From Paragordius varius (taxonomy: Eukaryota > Animalia > Nematomorpha), in NCBI GenBank assembly GCA_964247055.1, contig OZ176057.1, forward strand, positions 806,001 to 870,000: DNA of 64,000 nucleotides, given 5' to 3'. The position numbers were made by a program, and so were the translations under genes. Shown here in pieces: positions 57,302 to 64,000 of the stretch; position 1 is the first letter of the stretch; each line of letters begins with the position of its first letter. The notes under the pieces are model-generated. The model worked only from the letters and a program-made list of their open reading frames with translations, was not told where the DNA came from and did not search any database.

Positions 57302-57777
57302 CACTTCAAGTTGGTCGCTTTAAGTAAAAAATTTTTAATTAACCATAATTTAGAATGCTATTTTTTTATTTTATTAATTTACCTATTTTTTTTATTATTA
57401 TAATTCATTTAAAAATATTTTTTTAAACTAAAAACCACGTTTTTTAGACTAATTTTATCCAATTAAACAATTTACTTTATAAATGTTTTAAATGAAAAAT
57501 TGTTTAATAACCAAGAAAACTTATATATTTTTTAATTACGTGAAAAAATCTGATATATATTTAAAATAATTATCATGATATTAATAAAGATATACTATTT
57601 TTAAATAATAAAAAGTTGATAGTGATTTGAAATTTATGTTAAATAAAGAAAATGGGTTAAAAATGATAAAATAAATAAATATTACTCGATTTGATTGGTA
57701 AAAGGCAACAAAACAAAAAAGTTAAATCAACATGTGTTCAAGGGCAACTTGAAGTGAACACGAACCAACTTAAAGTG
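57302..57777. mobile_element. Second TTAA-flanked piggyBac-like MITE family
   Basis: TTAA|CACTTCAAGTTGG ... CCAACTTAAAGTG|TTAA. Confidence 0.78.
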
Positions 57778-58586
57778 TTAAAGGACCAACAAAGTTTAAA
57801 GACGCTTTTGAAGTACAAATGCTATATATTAGGTAAATTATTTAATATTAGTTGACCCTTTCACGCGAACCTACTCTCAGCGAATATTTTGTAAATATGA
57901 CTGAGAGAATGATAATAAAGTTTTAGTTCATCAAAAAAAATAAAGATCCTATGTGGCTAAAACTGTCCCTGCTCAGCAACTAATTAATTGATAATCTTTA
58001 TCTCAAAAAATATTTCGGACTTTATATGCTCCTTAACGCCTCCCGAGAAATTGTTGCAGAAATATTTTCTTTTTAGATTTTTGTGGGTCAATCTAAAAGA
58101 TGGCTCAACTCTTGAAGTATTTAAACAAAATATATTGTTGATTTCGAATGGGTCGATTTTTTGTGTAACTACCTAGAAAGAAAGTGTACTGGGGCATAGA
58201 ACAAATAGCTTAGTTACTTTCGACGCATAAATTAATTAAAAAAATTCACATTTTAAATCAAAATGGTTTATACGCGTTTTATTGGAAATGCTTATAATCC
58301 AAGCTGAATAACTCTCACCACATTTCCAACAAAAATAAAACATATATCATTATTGAATTCAAATAAATGGTTAACCCAGGTCTGTTCAACCATCTTTTTT
58401 AATGAATAGAGGGAACAAAGAGAGGTTATCTATACATATCTCTGCATTTTTTAATTAATAAAATAATACACAATTTTGTCGCCCTCAACGCAGTCGTAAA
58501 TCAAAACAATATTATCCCAAACGTTATTTTCGAGGTGGAAGGCTATTCTCTAGTTATCCTCGGTGCATTTTTAAAAATATAAAATA

Positions 58587-58830
58587 CTAGCGTGAATCTC
58601 GTGCTGCTACGCAGCCCGAGGAAGTCCTTCGGACTTCTGGGGGGGGGAGAGGGGGGGTTCGAAATTTGGATTTTAATGGGTCTACCGGTTTTCCTGTACC
58701 AGATCACAAAGCCAGCATTTTCCATTTTTATAAATATATAGATTACCATAAATAATGTATTAATATCCATATATCTTTTAACATGCTATACATATGATAG
58801 ATACTCCTTACTCAGCATCTATCATCAAAG
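58587..58830 (-). mobile_element. Helitron 3' terminus capping the satellite array
   Basis: A|CTAG (58586-58590), hairpin CTCGTGCTGCTACGCAGCCCGAG (58598-58620), second hairpin GAAGTCC-TTC-GGACTTC (58621-58637), TC-type terminus at 58742; homologous to 7747-8402. Confidence 0.78.
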
Positions 58831-61800
58831 AAACGCTTGACTAAAATTTTTGCCTTTTAACAGGCAATACGAAAAATCTTTCTCGAATTTTTACAGTCTC
58901 ATACCGTGGGCAAAAAAATACAATCAAAAAATATTTTTGTGGACTTTGTTTTTTTTTGAGAAAAATGGCATTTTACGGGGGGAGCGGGTAAAAAGAGGGC
59001 CTAAATCAAAAGAGTTCGACTATGTTCGGCGCAATCGAAAATAAGTAAAGAAAAATCATATTTGAAATTGAATGGTCCAACACGTTCTCCAAAAAATTGA
59101 CTTAACCCATTTTTCACACGGGGTGGGCCCAAACTGGGGACCTAATTCCAAGAATGGGCGAAGCTATTGTCGGGGCATTCATTAATGATTAAATTTTTTC
59201 GATGTTTGGATTTGATTGGGTTCACCGGTTTTCCGGAAACAGATCACAAAGTTATATGAAAAATCAGTTTTTAGCAGGTAGCTCCTTACCCAGCAGCTAT
59301 CATCAAATAAACGGTAGACTAAAATTTTTGCCTTTTAACAGGGAATACGTGGAATCTTTATTGAATTTTTACGGTCTCATACCTAGGGCAAAAAATCGAT
59401 TTAAAAAATTATTTTTGTGGACTTTGTTTTTTGAAAAAGGTGGCATTTCACGGGGGGAGCGGGTAAAAAGAGGGCCTAAATCAAAAAAGTGGCTCGGCTA
59501 TGTTCAGCGCAATCGAAAATAAGTAAACAAAAATCATATTTGAAATTGAATGGTCCAACACGTTCTCCAAAAAATTGACTTAACCCATTTTTCACACGGG
59601 GTGGGCCCAAACTGGGGACCTAATTCCAAGAATGGGCGAAGCTATTGTCGGGGCATTCATTAATGATTAAATTTTTTCGATGTTTGGATTTGATTGGGTT
59701 CACCGGTTTTCCGGAAACAGATCACAAAGTTATATGAAAAATCAGTTTTTAGCAGGTAGCTCCTTACCCAGCAGCTATCATCAAATAAACGGTAGAATTT
59801 TTGCCTTTTAACAGGGAATACGTGGAATCTTTATTGAATTTTTACGGTCTCATACCTAGGGCAAAAAATCGATTTAAAAAATTATTTTTGTGGACTTTGT
59901 TTTTTGAAAAAGGTGGCATTTCACGGGGGGAGCGGGTAAAAAGAGGGCCTAAATCAAAAAAGTGGCTAGGCTATGTTCAGCGCAATCGAAAATAAGTAAA
60001 CAAAAATCATATTTGAAATTGAATGGTCCAACACGTTCTCCAAAAAATTGACTTAACCCATTTTTCACACGGGGTGGGCCCAAACTGGGGACCTAATTCC
60101 AAAAATGGGCGAAGCTATTGTCGGGGCATTCATTAATGATTAAATTTTTTCGATGTTTGGATTTGATTGGGTTCACCGGTTTTCCGGAAACAGATCACAA
60201 AGTTATATGAAAAATCAGTTTTTAGCAGGTAGCTCCTTACCCAGCAGCTATCATCAAATAAACGGTAGACTAAAATTTTTGCCTTTTAACAGGGAATACG
60301 TGGAATCTTTATCGAATTTTTACGGTCTCATACCTAGGGCAAAAAATCGATTTAAAAAATTATTTTTGTGGACTTTGTCTTTTGAAAAAGGTGGCATTTC
60401 ACGGGGGGAGCGGGTAAAAAGAGGGCCTAAATCAAAAAAGTGGCTCGGCTATGTTCAGCGCAATCGAAAATAAGTAAACAAAAATCATATTTGAAATTGA
60501 ATGGTCCAACACGTTCTCCAAAAAATTGACTTAACCCATTTTTCACACGGGGTGGGCCCAAACTGGGGACCTAATTCCAAAAATGGGCGAAGCTATTGTC
60601 GGGGCATTCATTAATGATTAAATTTTTTCGATGTTTGGATTTGATTGGGTTCACCGGTTTTCCGGAAACAGATCACAAAGTTATATGAAAAATCAGTTTT
60701 TAGCAGGTAGCTCCTACCCAGCAGCTATCATCAAATAAACGGTAGACTAAAATTTTTGCCTTTTAACAGGGAATACGTGGAATCTTTATTGAATTTTTAC
60801 GGTCTCATACCTAGGGCAAAAAATCGATTTAAAAAATTATTTTTGTGGACTTTGTTTTTTGAAAAAGGTGGCATTTCACGGGGGGAGCGGGTAAAAAGAG
60901 GGCCTAAATCAAAAAAGTGGCTCGGCTATGTTCAGCGCAATCGAAAATAAGTAAACAAAAATCATATTTGAAATTGAATGGTCCAACACGTTCTCCAAAA
61001 AATTGACTTAACCCATTTTTCACACGGGGTGGGCCCAAACTGGGGACCTAATTCCAAGAATGGGCGAAGCTATTGTCGGGGCATTCATTAATGATTAAAT
61101 TTTTTCGATGTTTGGATTTGATTGGGTTCACCGGTTTTCCGGAAACAGATCACAAAGTTATATGAAAAATCAGTTTTTAGCAGGTAGCTCCTTACCCAGC
61201 AGCTATCATCAAATAAACGGTAGACTAAAATTTTTGCCTTTTAACAGGGAATACGTGGAATCTTTATTGAATTTTTACAGTCTCATACCTAGGGCAAAAA
61301 ATCGATTTAAAAAATTATTTTTGTGGACTTTGTTTTTTGAAAAAGGTGGCATTTCACGGGGGGAGCGGGTAAAAAGAGGGCCTAAATCAAAAAAGTGGCT
61401 AGGCTATGTTCAGCGCAATCGAAAATAAGTAAACAAAAATCATATTTGAAATTGAATGGTCCAACACGTTCTCCAAAAAATTGACTTAACCCATTTTTCA
61501 CACGGGGTGGGCCCAAACTGGGGACCTAATTCCAAAAATGGGCGAAGCTATTGTCGGGGCATTCATTAATGATTAAATTTTTTCGATGTTTGGATTTGAT
61601 TGGGTTCACCGGTTTTCCGGAAACAGATCACAAAGTTATATGAAAAATCAGTTTTTAGCAGGTAGCTCCTTACCCAGCAGCTATCATCAAATAAACGGTA
61701 GACTAAAATTTTTGCCTTTTAACAGGGAATACGTGGAATCTTTATCGAATTTTTACGGTCTCATACCTAGGGCAAAAAATCGATTTAAAAAATTATTTTT

Positions 61801-64000
61801 GTGGACTTTGTTTTTTGAAAAAGGTGGCATTTCACGGGGGGAGCGGGTAAAAAGAGGGCCTAAATCAAAAAAGTGGCTCGGCTATGTTCAGCGCAATCGA
61901 AAATAAGTAAACAAAAATCATATTTGAAATTGAATGGTCCAACACGTTCTCCAAAAAATTGACTTAACCCATTTTTCACACGGGGTGGGCCCAAACTGGG
62001 GACCTAATTCCAAAAATGGGCGAAGCTATTGTCGGGGCATTCATTAATGATTAAATTTTTTCGATGTTTGGATTTGATTGGGTTCACCGGTTTTCCGGAA
62101 ACAGATCACAAAGTTATATGAAAAATCAGTTTTTAGCAGGTAGCTCCTTACCCAGCAGCTATCATCAAATAAACGGTAGACTAAAATTTTTGCCTTTTAA
62201 CAGGGAATACGTGGAATCTTTATTGAATTTTTACGGTCTCATACCTAGGGCAAAAAATCGATTTAAAAAATTATTTTTGTGGACTTTGTTTTTTGAAAAA
62301 GGTGGCATTTCACGGGGGGAGCGGGTAAAAAGAGGGCCTAAATCAAAAAAGTGGCTCGGCTATGTTCAGCGCAATCGAAAATAAGTAAACAAAAATCATA
62401 TTTGAAATTGAATGGTCCAACACGTTCTCCAAAAAATTGACTTAACCCATTTTTCACACGGGGTGGGCCCAAACTGGGGACCTAATTCCAAAAATGGGCG
62501 AAGCTATTGTCGGGGCATTCATTAATGATTAAATTTTTTCGATGTTTGGATTTGATTGGGTTCACCGGTTTTCCGGAAACAGATCACAAAGTTATATGAA
62601 AAATCAGTTTTTAGCAGGTAGCTCCTTACCCAGCAGCTATCATCAAATAAACGGTAGACTAAAATTTTTGCCTTTTAACAGGGAATACGTGGAATCTTTA
62701 TTGAATTTTTACGGTCTCATACCTAGGGCAAAAAATCGATTTAAAAAATTATTTTTGTGGACTTTGTTTTTTGAGAAAAATGGCATTTTACGGGGGGAGC
62801 GGGTAAAAAGAGGGCCTAAATCAAAAAAGTGACTCGACTATGTTCGGCGCAATCGAAAATAAGTAAAGAAAAATCATATTTGAAATTGAATGGTCCAACA
62901 CGTTCTCCAAAAAATTGACTCCCATTTTTCACACGGGGTGGGCCCAAACTGGGGACCTAATTCCAAGAATGGGCGAAGCTATTGTCGGGGCATTCATTAA
63001 TGATTAAATTTTTTCGATGTTTGGATTTGATTGGGTTCACCGGTTTTCCGGAAACAGATCACAAAGTTATATGAAAAATCAGTTTTTAGCAGGTAGCTCC
63101 TTACCCAGCAGCTATCATCAAATAAACGGTAGACTAAAATTTTTGCCTTTTAACAGGGAATACGTGGAATCTTTATTGAATTTTTACGGTCTCATACCTA
63201 GGGCAAAAAATCGATTTAAAAAATTATTTTTGTGGACTTTGTTTTTTGAAAAAGGTGGCATTTCACGGGGGGAGCGGGTAAAAAGAGGGCCTAAATCAAA
63301 AAAGTGGCTCGGCTATGTTCAGCGCAATCGAAAATAAGTAAACAAAAATCATATTTGAAATTGAATGGTCCAACACGTTCTCCAAAAAATTGACTTAACC
63401 CATTTTTCACACGGGGTGGGCCCAAACTGGGGACCTAATTCCAAAAATGGGCGAAGCTATTGTCGGGGCATTCATTAATGATTAAATTTTTTCGATGTTT
63501 GGATTTGATTGGGTTCACCGGTTTTCCGGAAACAGATCACAAAGTTATATGAAAAATCAGTTTTTAGCAGGTAGCTCCTTACCCAGCAGCTATCATCAAA
63601 TAAACGGTAGACTAAAATTTTTGCCTTTTAACAGGGAATACGTGGAATCTTTATTGAATTTTTACGGTCTCATACCTAGGGCAAAAAATCGATTTAAAAA
63701 ATTATTTTTGTGGACTTTGTTTTTTGAGAAAAATGGCATTTTATAAGGGGGGAGCGGGTAAAAAGAGGGCCTAAATCAAAAAAGTGACTCGACTATGTTC
63801 GGCGCAATCGAAAATAAGTAAAGAAAAATCATATTTGAAATTGAATGGTCCAACACGTTCTCCAAAAAATTGACTTAACCCATTTTTCACACGGGGTGGG
63901 CCCAAACTGGGGACCTAATTCCAAGAATGGGCGAAGCTATTGTCGGGGCATTCATTAATGATTAAATTTTTTCGATGTTTGGATTTGATTGGGTTCACCG
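58830..64000. repeat. ~478-bp tandem satellite, ~11 near-identical copies, running off the window end
   Basis: Equivalent positions at 59202, 59680, 60153, 60631, 61108, 61586, 62064, 62542, 63017, 63495, 63973 (periods 473-478). Confidence 0.98.

Noticed and set aside
59130-59480. G-quadruplex motifs in the satellite monomer
   Set aside because: Each G-rich patch has only three tracts of three or more G within short range, not a canonical four-tract motif.
59202-63746. Repeated 106-aa and 64-aa ORFs (MFGFDWVHRF...)
   Set aside because: These are by-products of the 478-bp satellite; 478 is not a multiple of 3, indels disrupt some copies, and no protein family is recognisable.

Overview
Very AT-rich eukaryotic (animal-like) genomic DNA. 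By manual splicing I reconstructed two complete, convergent 12-exon genes: amidophosphoribosyltransferase (PPAT/purF, + strand, 16047-35581, ~640 aa) and an ALDH9A1-like aldehyde dehydrogenase (- strand, 54204-37740, ~560 aa). A probable third, unrecognised micro-exon-containing gene lies at ~3.0-6.8 kb. The rest is dense with transposon material: two RTE LINE remnants, a tail-to-tail pair of decayed hAT transposase copies, a non-autonomous Helitron, CACTA, hAT-Charlie and TTAA (piggyBac-like) non-autonomous elements, and two abundant intronic MITE families. From ~58.8 kb to the window end runs a ~478-bp tandem satellite. Two observations stand out. (1) In at least six introns of the two genes, the exon edge plus its splice site has been tandemly amplified into the intron (1-9 extra copies), creating arrays of decoy donors or acceptors while the functional exon stays the terminal copy. 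(2) The satellite derives from the internal part of a non-autonomous Helitron whose 3' terminus still caps the array and whose unamplified dispersed copy lies at 7.7-8.4 kb. All coordinates and alignments were read by eye; no database searches were run.
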